A stretch of DNA of 64,000 nt from Podarcis liolepis. Its lineage: Eukaryota. Below the pieces are notes generated by a model. That model was not told the origin of the DNA, did no database searches, and saw only the letters and a program-made list of their open reading frames with translations. Within the stretch, counting starts at the first letter, position 1. Each line of letters starts with the position of its first letter. Positions 48,471 to 61,600 of this stretch are shown here, in pieces. The stretch lies in the NCBI GenBank assembly GCA_965112155.1, contig OZ218106.1; one strand, 5' to 3'. A program made the position numbers and the translations under genes.

Positions 48471-50224
48471 AAAATACAGCCTCATTTCAATGGAAACTCC
48501 AATCAAAACCTTTTTTGGGGATGAAAGCGTCAAGTCTTCACCAAGGCTAACTTTCCAGACTGGTCCTATACGGGCCAGAAAAAAGCCAGGGAAGTCCCCA
48601 AATGGGGTAAACACCTTCAAGAAGCTTAAATCAAAATACCAGATATTGCAGGTTCTCCAATATCCCCCTTTTAATCCCTGGAATCCTATAGATTTCAGCA
48701 ACTGAAATTAAATTTGTTGACTTCAATACCAAGATCTGATGCTGGATCTCTTTTCCAGGAAGCTGAGCCAGTGCAACATTTTCATTCTTGACACCAAATA
48801 AAACCTGCATCCAAATTCACCCGCTAGGTTTTCTTCACACATTTGCTGTTGACGGCTATCTTTATTTTTGCACTTCTGAGCCATCATCTCCAGACTATTT
48901 TGGATTTGTAAGTTGCTCTGGACCAATGTGATGGGGTGGGGTGGGGAATATATTGACTAATAAAAACAAATTTTATCACCTGCAAAATATGAGATAGATT
49001 AAATGCTCACATGAAATCTTCTGAGATCGTCCTCTCTCATACATCCAGATTGAGTTACTGTAAAGTCTTTAGGTGTAGGCTTGCCAGAAACTCTGCTACA
49101 CCATTTGCAGTCGGTTCACAAAGTATCCTGTGCTTTCATCTGACCAGGAAAAGAAGCATTTCTTTTTTGACTCTTCTAATGGAGTGGGAACCATCCAAAT
49201 TTGGGATTGTGTCTGGAAATGTGAACCCTAAAGTTGCACCGTTTTATTGTGTGAACCTCCCACTGTCACTATTTTGGAGTGAGATACAACTATATTGGTT
49301 GCCTCTTTGTTACTGGGCTCAATTGAAAGACCTGAATGCTCTGAGATGAGTGTTCCTTGAGGAATATCTCCTCCTGCCTGCACCTGCCCGACTCAATTAG
49401 ATCTACATCAGAGCTCCTGCTTCATGTTCTCCTACAGCCTGAGGTTCAGCAGGTGGATATAAGAGGCAAGAGCCTTTTCCTTCAGCTATGGCAACGTGAG
49501 CCGTCAAATGCCATCCTTAGCGAGGCCTATCTGGCTTCTTCATTCTTCTGCTTTTGCCATATAGAGAACACCTGGAATTTGGGGATCTGGCACATGGAGT
49601 TGTGAGCGTGGTGGCCACTTACACATCTCCCCACTCCATGGATCATGCAGGGGAAAGGATTTTTCATCACTAAACATTTGTCCATTCTAAATTTATATTT
49701 ACAGATACTTGCTCCACTTTAAATGGAAGTGGGGGAGGCTGTGACCAGGCGACCTGGGAAGCAACATTCTTGTATCTCTTGGTGTTCACTCTTGATGGGC
49801 AGCTTCAAGGCTTTTCCTGCTCTCCATTTTTATGATTCTTCATCTTTAAACTGGACTTGACAGCTGTTCAAATAGAGGACCATTCTTTGTAAAGTAGGTT
49901 GCATGGCTGCCCTGATTGTCAGCCTTGTTGCTATTCTGTTCTTCTGGGTGCTCTTTTGTTTAATTGTTGGGTGATTAATCCATCTATTAAGCTATCGTCC
50001 CTAACTGATCAATTAACACATGGGAGCAAGTGAAAACCTGACTGACTGATTGTTCCTGATCCCATGTTTTAAAGCCTGCCTGGTCCCTTTTGAAACTCTG
50101 GGCTGTCAGTTTGTTTGTGTACTTCCAAATAATTTCACTGTTCTTTGGGTTTTGTGAATTGCTGTGTGTGTGTGCTGCCTTTGTTTTCTTTTGAAAGAAA
50201 GACGAGCTCTTCTCCTATCTTATT

Positions 50225-50452
50225 TAAAGGTAAAGGTAAAGGGACCCCTAACCATTAGGTCCAGTCGTGACTGACTCTGGGGTTGCGGCACTCATCTCGC
50301 TTTATTGGCCGAGGGAGCCGGTGTGCAGCTTCCGGGTCATGTGGCCAGCATGACTAAGCCGCTTCTGGCGAACCAGAGCAGCGCATGGAAACGCCGTTTA
50401 CCTTCCCGCCGGAGCGGTACCTATTTATCTACTTGTACTTTGACGTGCTTTC
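50225..50452 (-). mobile_element. Sauria SINE, 5'-truncated
   Basis: (AAAGGT)n tail and 3' two-thirds only. Confidence 0.9.
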
Positions 50453-50658
50453 GGAGTATTTTATTTCTTTGTTTGTTACATTTATGGACCACCTTTTCCT
50501 CCAAGGGACTCAAGATGATGTACATGCTCCACCTCTCCCCAGTTTTATCTTCACAACAAACCTGTGAGGTAGGCTAGGCTGAGAGGTAGCCACTGACCCA
50601 GCATCACCCAGTGAGACTCATGGCTTGGTGGGGATTGGTCCTATTCCAACACATTACC

Positions 50659-51076
50659 CAGGGGCGTCTTACCCATAGAGGCTAGTGGCGCAGGGCGCCA
50701 GGGTGCCAAGTTCTGGAGGGCGCCAGGGAAGAGGCAGAGGCTGGACACGGCGCCTCCTGGCATCAGCTCACCACCCTCACCTGCTTCCGCCATGCTGCGC
50801 CGAAGCAGCACCATGCCTGGAGCCTTCACCTGCCGTGGCCACCACTTCATGAAGCAGCCAGCTGAGCCGGGAGCCGCCACATCCAGCCTCCACCTCTTCC
50901 CCGCCAGAGGAGCTGCCCTCCAGCTGCTGCCCGCCTCCTCCAGCCCTGCAAAGCTGGGCACGTCACTGGCAGTGCTGTCCTCCCTAAAAAAGGTCGGCAA
51001 CTCTGGGAAACAGGGCGGGGAGCGCCGCCAGAGGGATCTTTGCACCACGGCACCAGATATGCTTAAGACGGCTCTG
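50659..51076. mobile_element. hAT-type MITE nested in a Squam3-like SINE
   Basis: TIR CAGGGGCGTCTTA...TAAGACGGCTCTG, TSD ACATTACC/ACGTTACC, GC-rich interior with ggcgcc repeats. Confidence 0.8.
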
Positions 51077-52419
51077 ACGTTACCCCACACTAGTACCTGC
51101 TAACCAAAGTTCTTGAGTTGCCTTACAATATATTTAAAACACAATAAACCACACAACGATACAAAAGTCATGGAAGCAGAGCAGAGGTGTATGTAAGGTC
51201 CCATATGCCCACCCCAACCATTCTCTGATGTTTTGACAAGTGTTATTCTGCAGCTGAGTCTCCTGGAACTGACTTTGGAAGCTGCTAGAATGCTAGATGG
51301 TTGACCCACACAGGCCAAGAGAACTTCCTTGCTGGGTGGCTGCTGCCGCCGCCACCTCTCTAAGCCCTTGTCCTGGAGGCAGATGCTGGAGGTGCTGGGG
51401 GAGCAAAGATGTTATTTGCCTCCCAGTTCATCAGCAGCATCATTTCCTGCATTTCTTTTGAAAGAGCACCAAGGCAGGTAACAACAACAACAACAACAGC
51501 AATAATTTTGTTATTTGCTCTCTGAGCCCTTAGGCGTGCGCATGAATGACTGAGCAGCAGTGACCTGAACAAAAGACCCTACAGCAGTGACCACGAAGGG
51601 GCCAGGCAGTCTTTAAATAGTCCCTCCGACAAGGAACTGAAACCTGAACTGTTTAATGTTGCCATAGCCACTTGCCTTGCTGCAAATATAATGAAAACAA
51701 ACACTTCCCTTCGATGAACAGACCAAATTGGGCTAAGCTATACCTGGGAGGAGGAGGAGGAGGGTAGAGGCTTCAGTTTCCCTATCTCAAACCAGGCAAG
51801 CTGGGCTTTGGACAGGAGCCTCTGCAGCCAAGCCATCCTGCCTTATTTGCCCATAAGAATGAGTCTCTGTGGCTCCCTTGCTTGTGTGCCATCTGTGTTT
51901 TGTTTATCTGAATGGGGTTTAATGCAGTCTAATTATAACTCTTCTGAAGTGGGTCGAGAGATCTGCTATGAATAGATGCCGTAAAAATAAAAAAAAAGGA
52001 GGGTTGATGGACTGGCTGACCTGTTGGCAGAAAGCGAGCATGTCGGCCACGTGGGGCCCTTGAGCAGCTGTTATCACCTATGTGATAATAAATAACCAAA
52101 GGAAGAGGACTGGATCACACTGGATTGGGCGGGGGGGGGGGGGCAAGGACAAGGGCGAGAAAGTAAAGCATCACTTCATGCTCAGCTCACCTACACCAGT
52201 GATTAAACTAACAAAGCCCTTCATTCAGCAAGATGGTATTTTAATTACATTTTCACTGCAACTCTTCTTCCAAAGAGCTCAGGATGGCACCCATGGCTTA
52301 ACCCCCATTTTATCCTCCCAGCAACCCTGTAAGACTATATCTACATAGAAGTAAGTCCTATTGAATTTAGTGGGGCTTACTCCCAGGTAAGTGGAATTAG
52401 GATTGCAGCCTAACTCATT

Positions 52420-52773
52420 GGCCTGGTTTGCACATAATGCCAAGCCATATTTTATTAAGCTGTTGTTTATTGTTTATTAAACTATGGTTTAGCATAATGT
52501 GTAAGCCCTGCCTGGCAGCTTAACTATGGTTTGTTTATGACCACTGAGGCATGAAATAAAACCATGGTTGATTTATGAACCTTGGTTTGTTTTATGTGTT
52601 ACGTGTGAACCTAGCACTCTTCCTTAACCATGGTTTCTTTGACCAGCCTACCCCACACATGTGAGGCAAGAGCAGCTGGAAATCAAGCCAAGTATTGGAG
52701 CAACAAGCCAGGGTTGGTTTGTTTATCTGTGGGACGACCCACACTTGCTTTAGCATTATGTGCAAACCAGGAC
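52420..52773. mobile_element. Palindromic MITE (PIF/Harbinger-like)
   Basis: 19-bp perfect TIR CCTGGTTTGCACATAATGC...GCATTATGTGCAAACCAGG; internal repeated AACCATGGTT-like palindromes. Confidence 0.7.
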
Positions 52774-53373
52774 AGTATCAAACCAATAAGCTGCAGGGTC
52801 TATTGGGAATTTAAGCTTGGTTCCCCAGTTCCTACCTCAGCCATCTAGAGAAGGGATAGCCATTTAGTCCTTGCTGGACTACAATTCCCATCACCCCTGA
52901 ACATTAAGAACATAAGAGCCTGCTGGATCAGGTCAATGGCTTGTCTAGTCCAGCATTCTCTTCCCATTGTGTCCAACCAGATTTCCATGGGAAACCTGTA
53001 AGTGGGACCTGAGCACAATTGCACTCCTCTCTCCTGCGGTGACTGCCTCTGAACATGGAGGAAGAGCATAACCATTGTGGCTGTAGCCATTGATGGACTT
53101 ATCTTTCATGAATTTGTCTAAGCCATGCTGGCTGGAGCTGATGGGAGTTGCTGGATGACATCAGCCTGTACTTGGGAATACCTCTGGGATAGGACCTAAA
53201 TCTTCTATCCATCGCTGGCAATTCAAGCCATCAAATTGCAGAGAGTGGGAATGGGCTTTTGATTGATATAAAGAACATGGCTGCTAGATTTGGCTCCAAA
53301 ATGGGTGATCCAGTAACAAGTCACCATCTCCTTGAGGGGCGGGGGGCGGGCATTAAAACACCTTTGTCAAGGA

Positions 53374-53743
53374 CAGAGGTGGAAAACCTCACTTCTGCAG
53401 GGTTTGGATGCATCCCTCCAAACATTATCTAGCCCTTGGGACCCTCTATAGACCACATTCCGTTTCTAACCACACCCCATACTGGCCTTCTTTACAGCTC
53501 ATTGGGTGGTTTTTGTCTGGCTGCAATGCATCCTTGAACTCTGATAATGTCTCCTGTTTGCCTAGATAGAGAAGGGTGCATGAATGTGAGTAGAAACTAT
53601 GCTACTGTAAAAAAAATGTAACATTAACACTCATTGCTCCACTCACTTTTGTCTCTATCCCCACCTATCACTGGAATATGGCCCTTCTAAGCTCGTTCAG
53701 AAGGAGATGTGGCCCTTGGGCTGGAAAAAGCTCTCCACTGCTG
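53374..53743. mobile_element. Old hAT-type non-autonomous element
   Basis: CAGAGGTGGAAAAC...CTCTCCACTGCTG ends; TSD GTCAAGGA/CTCAAGGA (7 of 8). Confidence 0.65.
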
Positions 53744-54023
53744 CTCAAGGACAAAGAGTAATCACAAGTAGGAGTGGGCTGGCAGTGGCAGTTTTAGGGT
53801 AGCGCAACTGGTGCGGTCACCCTGGGTGCCCTCTGCAGGGTGGTACAAAAACAATGCTGAGAGGCAGATTTTAGCATTGCATGGGGTGCTGCTGAGATTT
53901 GAGAGCCCAAAGGGGCACACAGTCATGGCCTTTTACATTAAATGGCCTTTTGTCCTAAAGTAATTTCGCTTCTAGACTATGTGGTCACAGACGATCATTT
54001 TAAAATAACGCTAAAGAAATCCA

Positions 54024-54307
54024 GTGAGTGCTCACTGGAAGGACAGATCCTGAAACTGAGGCTCCAATATTTTGGCCACCTCATGAGAAGAGAAGACTCT
54101 CTGGAAAAGACCCTGGTGTTGGGAAAGATGGAGGGCACAAGGAGAAGGGGACGACAGAGGACGAGATGGCTGGACAGTGTTCTCGAAGCTATGAATGTGA
54201 GTTTGACCAACCTGCGGGAGGTAGTGGAAGACAGGAGTGCCTGGCGTGCTCTGGTCCATGGGGTCACGAAGAGTCAGACACGACTAAACGACTAAACAAC
54301 AAAAACA
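54024..54307 (+). mobile_element. BovB LINE 3' end, shorter copy
   Basis: ECSLEGQILKLRLQYFGHLMRREDSLEKTLVLGKMEGTRRRGRQRTRWLD...VHGVTKSQTRLND*, (CAA)n tail, TSD AAAG(A/G)AATCCA. Confidence 0.95.
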
Positions 54308-55796
54308 AAAGGAATCCAAACAATGAGAGAAGTAAATTTTCTGTGAACAAGAGATACTATGAGCACTGGTAAGGTGTGTCTATTGTCAGTAGTGGAACAG
54401 TTTTAACTGAAGAAATATATTTGCAGCCCAAATATGGTAATAATGCATGAATAACTTTCTAGATCAGAGTGATTTATTTTGAATGTATCAAGATTTTTCA
54501 GTCTCTGGGTGAAGACTTTTGATATTCCTTAAAGATTTTAAGGAATGTAGTAGTGCTCATCAGAGTGCTCCAGTTTTTTTGAAGCTAGGACACAACATTC
54601 ATATATTAGCATATGAGGAGTGGGGTGCCCTAGTCTGATGCAGATTTTAGTGATCACAAGAAGAGCACCAGAAGATCGTATTTGTACTGAACAGATTCAC
54701 CTGGATCCAGAGAGTGCATTATCTTATGAACGCTCACTTAAACTCGCCTACAAAGCACATTATACAGTACTGAAAGAAATACTTCCTGCCTCCTTCTCCT
54801 CCTCCAGAGGGGAAAAGAAAATGGATAAGAAGTGCCAAGTAATAGACAAGCACGAATCATGGCTTTTAATACTCCCAAATGGCCGTTCCAGGTAAGACTA
54901 TGCCTCTCGAGAGGATCTCTATTTATAACCGGCATGCTGATAGGCTGTTGGACCAGGTGTTAATGTGACAAAGTATTGGTTTTTACCATGGCTCGGATGC
55001 CTCAACCCAAAATGGAAGACAGCAGAGCTGAGATTCGTCATTCATATCAAGCACTGGTGAGGGGGAGAACAGAGAAAGATGGGTGAGTCAGAATATACAG
55101 CATGCAGTGCACTGGACACAGCTCAACAGGACTTAAAAGCCTCTTAACTCTTTTGAATGCCTTTCTGGAATGAGAGCCCTTTTCTGCTTAGAAGTCTTTC
55201 GTGCAAGTGAGCAGTGGTGGCATTTGACGACTTTAAATAATCAGCCAAGCTGTCAATGGCTTGGAAATGCCACTGGCGTCTCAAATTCCCACTTGTTATC
55301 TTTGTGGTTTCTGGTTACACACATATTAATGGTGGCTAAGCCATGCCCATACAGAACTGAAGAGTAAGCTGGGCTGGTGAAGCAACACGTATGTCACCAG
55401 AAAGCAAGCATGTGTAGCACGGAGATACTACTAGCATCTGGAAATATACACATCATACATTTAATGCACATTTAATGCTGTTGCTTACTGGGAATGGGGG
55501 AGTAAAAGGTTGTGGGGAGGTTGGCATGGTGCAAACACATTGGATTGGCTCCACAAGTGCACTTGCACCATGTCAACCTCCCCACTGTTTCACCCCTCTC
55601 CCTCCTAGTAAACACAGCAATGCCGCTGAAAGGAGGCCAGGGGCATGGTGGTGACAGCTGCCCCTGATTTCCCCCTTCTAGGGATGTCTGGGGGGGAGTA
55701 GTCAAAGAAGTTCTAAAGTAGTATAGTCTACCCTACGATCTCGTGATTGTACCATCTCATCCTGTTGCAGGTATAGGATAGGTCACAGACATCTTC

Positions 55797-56338
55797 TGTC
55801 AGGAGTCAGAGTCAGGCAATAAAGCAATAAATCACCTGATGTCAGTGAAGTTAACTTTTTATTCAAGGAAACAAAAACAGCTCATGCCTCGTGGTCACAG
55901 CAACACTTCCTCGCAGTTCCGAGGACTGAAGATCCCTGCCTTCCCACCACTCACCAGTTCCTTCCGCAGCAGCCTAAGACTTTGTCGTCTTGCCTCTTGT
56001 TGCTCTGCTATCTTCATTTCTCTGTATGTTCTGGGAGACCAGGAGGAAGGGGAGCTGGAGGTGGAAACTCCCTGGCTTATTCAGCCCCATGGCCCCCACT
56101 TCTCTCCAGCTTCCGCTTCTGTCTCTGATTCTGCACTGCTCTCTGCCCCAGCCTCTTCCTGCTCACTAAACCCTGTTGCCTCTTCAGCTTCCAACGCTTC
56201 CTCCTCCCAGTTCCCAGATCCCTCTTCTCCGTCTGACCACTCATCATCATCCCACCACCAATCCCCTGGTACTGAGCCTTCTTCTGCTGGAGTTCCCCTG
56301 GGGGTTCCCCAGCTGATGCCTCCCGCCACTCCTTGACA
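55797..56338 (-). mobile_element. Probable solo LTR (Gypsy-like)
   Basis: TGTCAGGAGT...ACTCCTTGACA inverted ends and AATAAA on minus at ~55860; no clean TSD. Confidence 0.55.
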
Positions 56339-57459
56339 TCCAGCCAGTCCAGTACATCTTCTCTAAACTCTGAATGGTTGGTCCCTTGTGTACTGGCATT
56401 TAAAAGGGACTATTGGGAGGGTTGCCTGGACTTTGCACTGGGACAGGCAGCAGCAGCAGCAACAACAACAGCTATCCATGCAGCATACTGTAAACGTATT
56501 GCAGCAAGCAACACATTATGTGTTATTATGCCACATGCCATCGGTGGCACCTGATGTGTGCCAGCAGGGCTCTTCTTATACCCTTATGACTTGCCAGCCA
56601 GTGGGCCTGCTGACTGTGTGGCAGCAGCTACTATTTAAACAACCTGAGACAGAGATGGCCTGTTTCAAAACTCCTTCCCTCTTGACTCTGATCAGACGGA
56701 ATCAACACACTATGTCCTCTTTACTCAACTACTCATGCAACTTCCATTTCCCCATTAGGGTGGAGCCATAACCACAGCCCTATGCAAGGGAGTTGATTTC
56801 TCCGCAGGCTGCCTCTGCTAGTCTGACAAGGTAGGACAGGAGAGCAGCAGACAAAAGAGGGTAGGATGTCAAAGGCTGGGCAGGAATTCCACTCTGCTAG
56901 GAATTTCACGAGTTGGTTCTCTAGCATTGCTTAAAGGGCCTATACTTCACTGCTTTGTACTGTAAAAGAAATATTCTACAACCTTCGTGTCCACTCATAA
57001 TGTCCACCACAACTAAATTTTAAATTTTAGGAACAATTTACTTATGCAGATAGTAGACTAAGGCGCATATGCAGAGTTCCTGCCATTATTGCATTTCAGG
57101 CTGCTAGTGGGGTAATGCATGCTTCAATTTTTGTCCTGCGCAAAATTGCAGCTGTGATGCTGACCGTTATGCAGCTTCTAAGGGCCAAACAGTGCTTTCC
57201 TAAATGCATCTTGAACCATTGGGTCAGTTTAAATTCCTTTTTCTTTTTTTAAAAAAATTAATAGTAAGTGTGTGGTGCTTTTCATGGGGACTGTAGCAGG
57301 TGCGGAGGAAACGTGCTTTCCTCTCTTGCTGTGGTTCTAACAAAAATCTCCCTTCCCACAGCTGCAGTTAGCCCTGACTGCTGCTAGACACCCATGGCTT
57401 TAATAAGAGCTTTCCTGTTCAAGGCTAACTGTGGCTGTGTTGGAATAAAAAAAATTCCT

Positions 57460-57539
57460 TCCAGTAGCACCTTAAAGACCAACTAAGTTAGTTCTTGGTA
57501 TGAGCTTTCGTGTGCATGCACACTTCTTCAGATACCAAG
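57460..57539 (-). mobile_element. Penelope-like element (pLTR) fragment
   Basis: tccagtagcaccttaaagaccaactaag...ggtatgagctttcgtgtgcatgcacacttcttcagatac, a typical reptile Penelope repeat; degenerate relative at ~59700-59795. Confidence 0.8.
57494..57539 (-). ncRNA. Minimal type-I hammerhead ribozyme motif (Penelope-associated)
   Basis: Minus strand: CUUGGUAU-CUGAAGA-A-GUGUGCAUGCACAC-GAAA-GCUC^AUACCAAG. 8-bp stem I, intact CUGANGA and GAAA boxes, palindromic stem II, palindromic AGCU in place of stem III, NUH = CUC. Confidence 0.75.
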
Positions 57540-58289
57540 TGTTGGGTGTGTGTGTGTGTTGGATTTTCATCAGGACCATGGCAGGGGAAGGGTGGGGGAA
57601 GGACCTACCCACCCACACTCTATGGTCTTCATAAAAAAGACACACACACCCAGCCCCACACCTGTTGCTGTTATTTTTAAAAACCCAACTTGATTGCTAA
57701 AGATGTGTTTACTGCCACACCTTATTCGGCCTTAAGGGAGCTAGTGAGGGGGAGAATCAGGAGCCGCAGTTCCTGGGACTAAGGCCAGTGGGAGAAGCTG
57801 GCAGGAGGCAGGCCTCTGTGAGAGCTAGGTCTGGCCAGCAATAACACCCAGTACCAAGGCTGACTGTTCCTCACTGGAAGCCTGCCCAGTCTATGCCCAC
57901 CGTTGAAGATGACATACCTTTGAATACCACTTGCTGAGAATCACAAGTGTGGACGTCTGTGTTGTACTTACATCCTGCTTGTGGGCTTCCCATAGGCATC
58001 TGGCTGGCCGGACTGCATGGGCCTTTGGCCTTATCGGGCAGGGTTCTTCTCATGTTCCTAACGTTTTGGGCTGCACGTAACAACATTTTAAACCACAGAA
58101 GCAATAATAACAGAACAGACAGAGTGGATAGACCATTGGGCTCGTCCAGTAGGGATGTCCTTACATTCTCGTAGCTCTCTCAGAACATGGAAACAATGGG
58201 ATACCTGGTTGTGCGGAGTCACTCTAGAGAACGGCTGGAAAAAACTATGGCCCTTCTGTTGTTGCTGGACTACAGTTCCCCCCATCATA

Positions 58290-58942
58290 TTCTGCCTTGC
58301 TCAGACCACACCTGGAATACTGTGTCCAGTTCTGGGCACTACAATTTAAAAAGGATACCGACAGTGCTATTTTTCTAGAAAAAGGTGCCAGAACTCACCA
58401 TGAATGCCTCCCCTTTTCTCTTACAATGGCAATGGTGCCCACATAAGAGGTGCCAGAACTGATTTTCTGTGAGTTCCGGATGAAAAAATAGCCCTGGGTA
58501 ATGACAACTGGAATGTGTGCAGAGGAGGTCTAGAAACCAAGCCTAATGAGGAATGGTTAAGGGATTTTGGGTATGTTTAGCTTGGAAGAGAGGAGGCTGA
58601 AAGGAGATATGATAGCCATCTTCAAATCTCTAAAGGGCTGCCACATGGAAAATGGAGCAAGCTTGTTTTCTCCTGCTCCAGAGGGTAGGACCAGTATCAG
58701 TGGATTCATGTTACGAGAAATGAGATTCTGACTAAACATCAGGAAGAACTTTCTGACAGTAAGAACTGTTAAACAGTGGAATGGACTCCCACAGAAGGTG
58801 GTGAACTCTCCTTCATTGGATGTTTTAAGCAGAGGTTGGATGGCCATCTGTAATGGATGCTTTAGTTGGATTTTTGCATTGCAGGTGGTTGGACTAGATG
58901 ACCCTGAAGGTTCCTTCCATCTCTAGAATTCTATGATTTTAT
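58290..58942 (+). mobile_element. CR1 LINE 3' fragment with a small hAT-like insert (58362-58496)
   Basis: ...[12 protein letters not shown]...GMFSLEERRLKGDMIAIFK.LKGCH...FLTVRTVKQWNGLP and 3' end ccttccatctctagaattctatgatttt. Confidence 0.88.
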
Positions 58943-60341
58943 GGTTCCTGGTTGGGGCTGATGCGAATTGGAATCCAACAACATCTGGAGGGCTATGGGT
59001 TACCCATCCCTGTTCTAGATAGACTCTGAGGACCAAGCAACTTTCTGAGGTGAGCCTGTTTCCTCACTCCACCAAACCTAAAGGTGGAGGTTTGGAGGAG
59101 CATCTCCTCCCCCATTGATCAGCCCGGACACTGAGGTCCACCTCCGAGGGCCTTCTAGGAAAATCCTGGGAGTTGTAGTTTACTCTCCACAGAACTCTTA
59201 GTTAGCATCCTTAGCAAACTACATTGCTTGGTATTCTTTGGGGGAAAGCCATGTGCCTTAAATGTATGGTGGTCTGGATGTGACCCAAGTCTCTTTACTG
59301 ATCAACCTCTGCCAGTCATCGTGGAGGGTCATCAGTAGGAGATGCTTTAGTTGCACCATCCATTGGTGAGCCTGCATTGAGCAGGAGGTTGGACTAGGTA
59401 GAGACCTTCTAACTCCATGCTTGTGCCCTGTAAATATGTTTGTTGCTTTCTAGTGGCACTGGTTGTTATGATGGATGCACCTGGCACCCTCACTTTTCTC
59501 TTTCCAAGGAATAACCTCTCAGATAAACTGTGCCTTTGGGATGGAGGCCAACAAATCTCCTGCTGCTAGAAAGCCGTGTGTCAGTACAGATTGAATTTTG
59601 GTTGGTATTTGAAGCACGATGTACTTAAATGATCAGGCCTCAAGCTAGCCCTGTGAAATTTCACCCTTGATCGGAAGTACTTAGCAAATGTACAGACGGG
59701 TACCTGTATTAGTCTGCTCCAGCAAAAAGAGTTTTGCAGGGCATTAACGACTAGCAAATTTGTTGTGGCACGAACTTTTTGTGGCTTATCAGAATGCTGT
59801 CAGTTCTGATTTCTCTGTCCAGTTCAAAGATTTCATCTCTGTAGTGGGAAATGCCTCCGAAACTGAGTTACTTCATATTATTTGTTGCCATTTCTCTTAG
59901 AAATGAGAATTAAAAAATCACAAATTATATAGTTACAGAACTGGGTGAGGGTTAGTCTGGGTGTCATTTTTGGGATACCCTCCAAGCCTGTAGTTTTATA
60001 TATGCAATGTGGGATTCTGTAGCGGAAAAAAGACTGCTGGAATGGTCAAATCAGCCTTTTTGTTAAGTTGGTCCAAGTCTGTTAAGTATCTCTTTGCATA
60101 ACTAAAGAGTACGGATGACTGGTTGCCGCAGAAACTATGAGATGAAGAAGCCTCCAGAAGGTCGGCTAAGGGGCAAGGCAGGTTTTCCCCTTCACTCCTT
60201 CACTTCCAGCTGGGGATGATGTCAGGAGAACAATAGACCTGGGGCCAGCCTAGTCTTGGACTAGGCTGGGACAATGGCATAGGAAGGGGTGTGTGGTGGG
60301 TGTGGGCTGCCACGGGTGTCATCACTGAGGGGGGTGACAAA

Positions 60342-61186
60342 CATGGCCATAGCTAGGAGGTGGTGAGGAAGGTCCCCGCCAGGGGCACCCTCATATGTGA
60401 CCCACGTTTGCTCTCCTCTTTGTGGAGCGCTCTCGCTTCTTGCTGGGATGGCAGGCTCCTCCATTTCCATCTCCCTCTGTCTTTCTCTCCAGCGGCGTCT
60501 GGATGCCTTGAGCTGATAAGGAAGCCAAGAAGCCGAGGCAGGAGCAGGAGCAGCGTGGCGGCAGGACAGCATGTTCCCGTGCCGTTCACCAGGTGCGCTG
60601 CTTCACTCTCCTAAGAATAAAAGTTTCCCTAGTCTCGGTTTGGGCGTTGTTGGGTCTCCTGGCTTTTCCCAAGGAAAAGGGGGGGGGGAGAAAAGTGTCC
60701 CGTTTCCTCTCCCCACCACCTCTCTGCCTTCTCCAGGACCAATAACAAGCTGTTCTGAGGTACAGTAGTGGCAGAAGGGGACAGCAAAGGAGGAGGAGGG
60801 AAGAGCCATTGTGTTCTCAGATGGGGGACAGCCTCCCCCATCCTTCTCCCCAACCAGTGGAAGGACCAGACTCAAATTCCTCACCTCTTGACCCCTCAGC
60901 AAACCTTTATTTTCCCTCCTTCTCTCTTCCCCCACTTCCCCCCTCTCTCTCCCCCTGACAAAGTTTTTTTGGGGTGAGAGACTTTTCCTCACGCACATAT
61001 TTTTGTGTTGGTGTTGCTGAGAGAGGAAAGGGGGGGTAGTTCTGTGAGGAAGGTGAGGGGGGAGAGAGAAAGAAGGAAGGGCTGGTGCCGCCAGAAGGAC
61101 TTCCAGAGCAGGGGGTGGTGGCCTTGACTAGGGGGCGCAATCTGGACAGTTCTGCTAGGGACGCAAGATACCTAGTTACGGCTCTG
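60342..61186. mobile_element. Nested hAT-type non-autonomous element
   Basis: Imperfect 16-bp TIR CATGGCCATAGCTAGG / CCTAGTTACGGCTCTG; perfect 8-bp TSD GTGACAAA (60334-60341, 61187-61194). Confidence 0.85.
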
Positions 61187-61600
61187 GTGACAAAATGGCA
61201 AAAACATGTGTTTTTACAATAATTTTTTTTTGGGGGGGGGCTCATGACACTTTTTTGGGGAAAAAGTAATATTATTTAAAATGAGTTTAATAACTTCATG
61301 TGACAATTAATTTACCTCAACAAGCCAACATAATATGTATTGAAATTTTTTAGTTCAGTCAACAAACGCAACAAAACGCGGCTGAACTCGATGCTGTGTA
61401 GTGGAGAGCGTATGGATAAGAAAAGGGAGGGGGTGTTTCTGTCTGCCAATTCACTGAAGTCTTTCTCTGCAGTTTGTACTCAAGCAAGACGTAAACAACC
61501 GGTGATTCATCATCACTCAACCCGCAACCAATCCTATCCGCTGCCATGCCTGTCAGTCACCCCACGTCATTCTGTTGAGTTAGTTGTGCATTATTACTGA

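Noticed and set aside
39289-50577. Recurrent short ORFs ending ...KHVKVQVDK or containing ...TYLSTCTLTCF
   Set aside because: Translations of Sauria SINE copies, not a gene family.
56081-56329. Acidic E/W-rich 82-aa ORF
   Set aside because: Lies wholly inside an LTR-like repeat; compositional ORF with no gene context.
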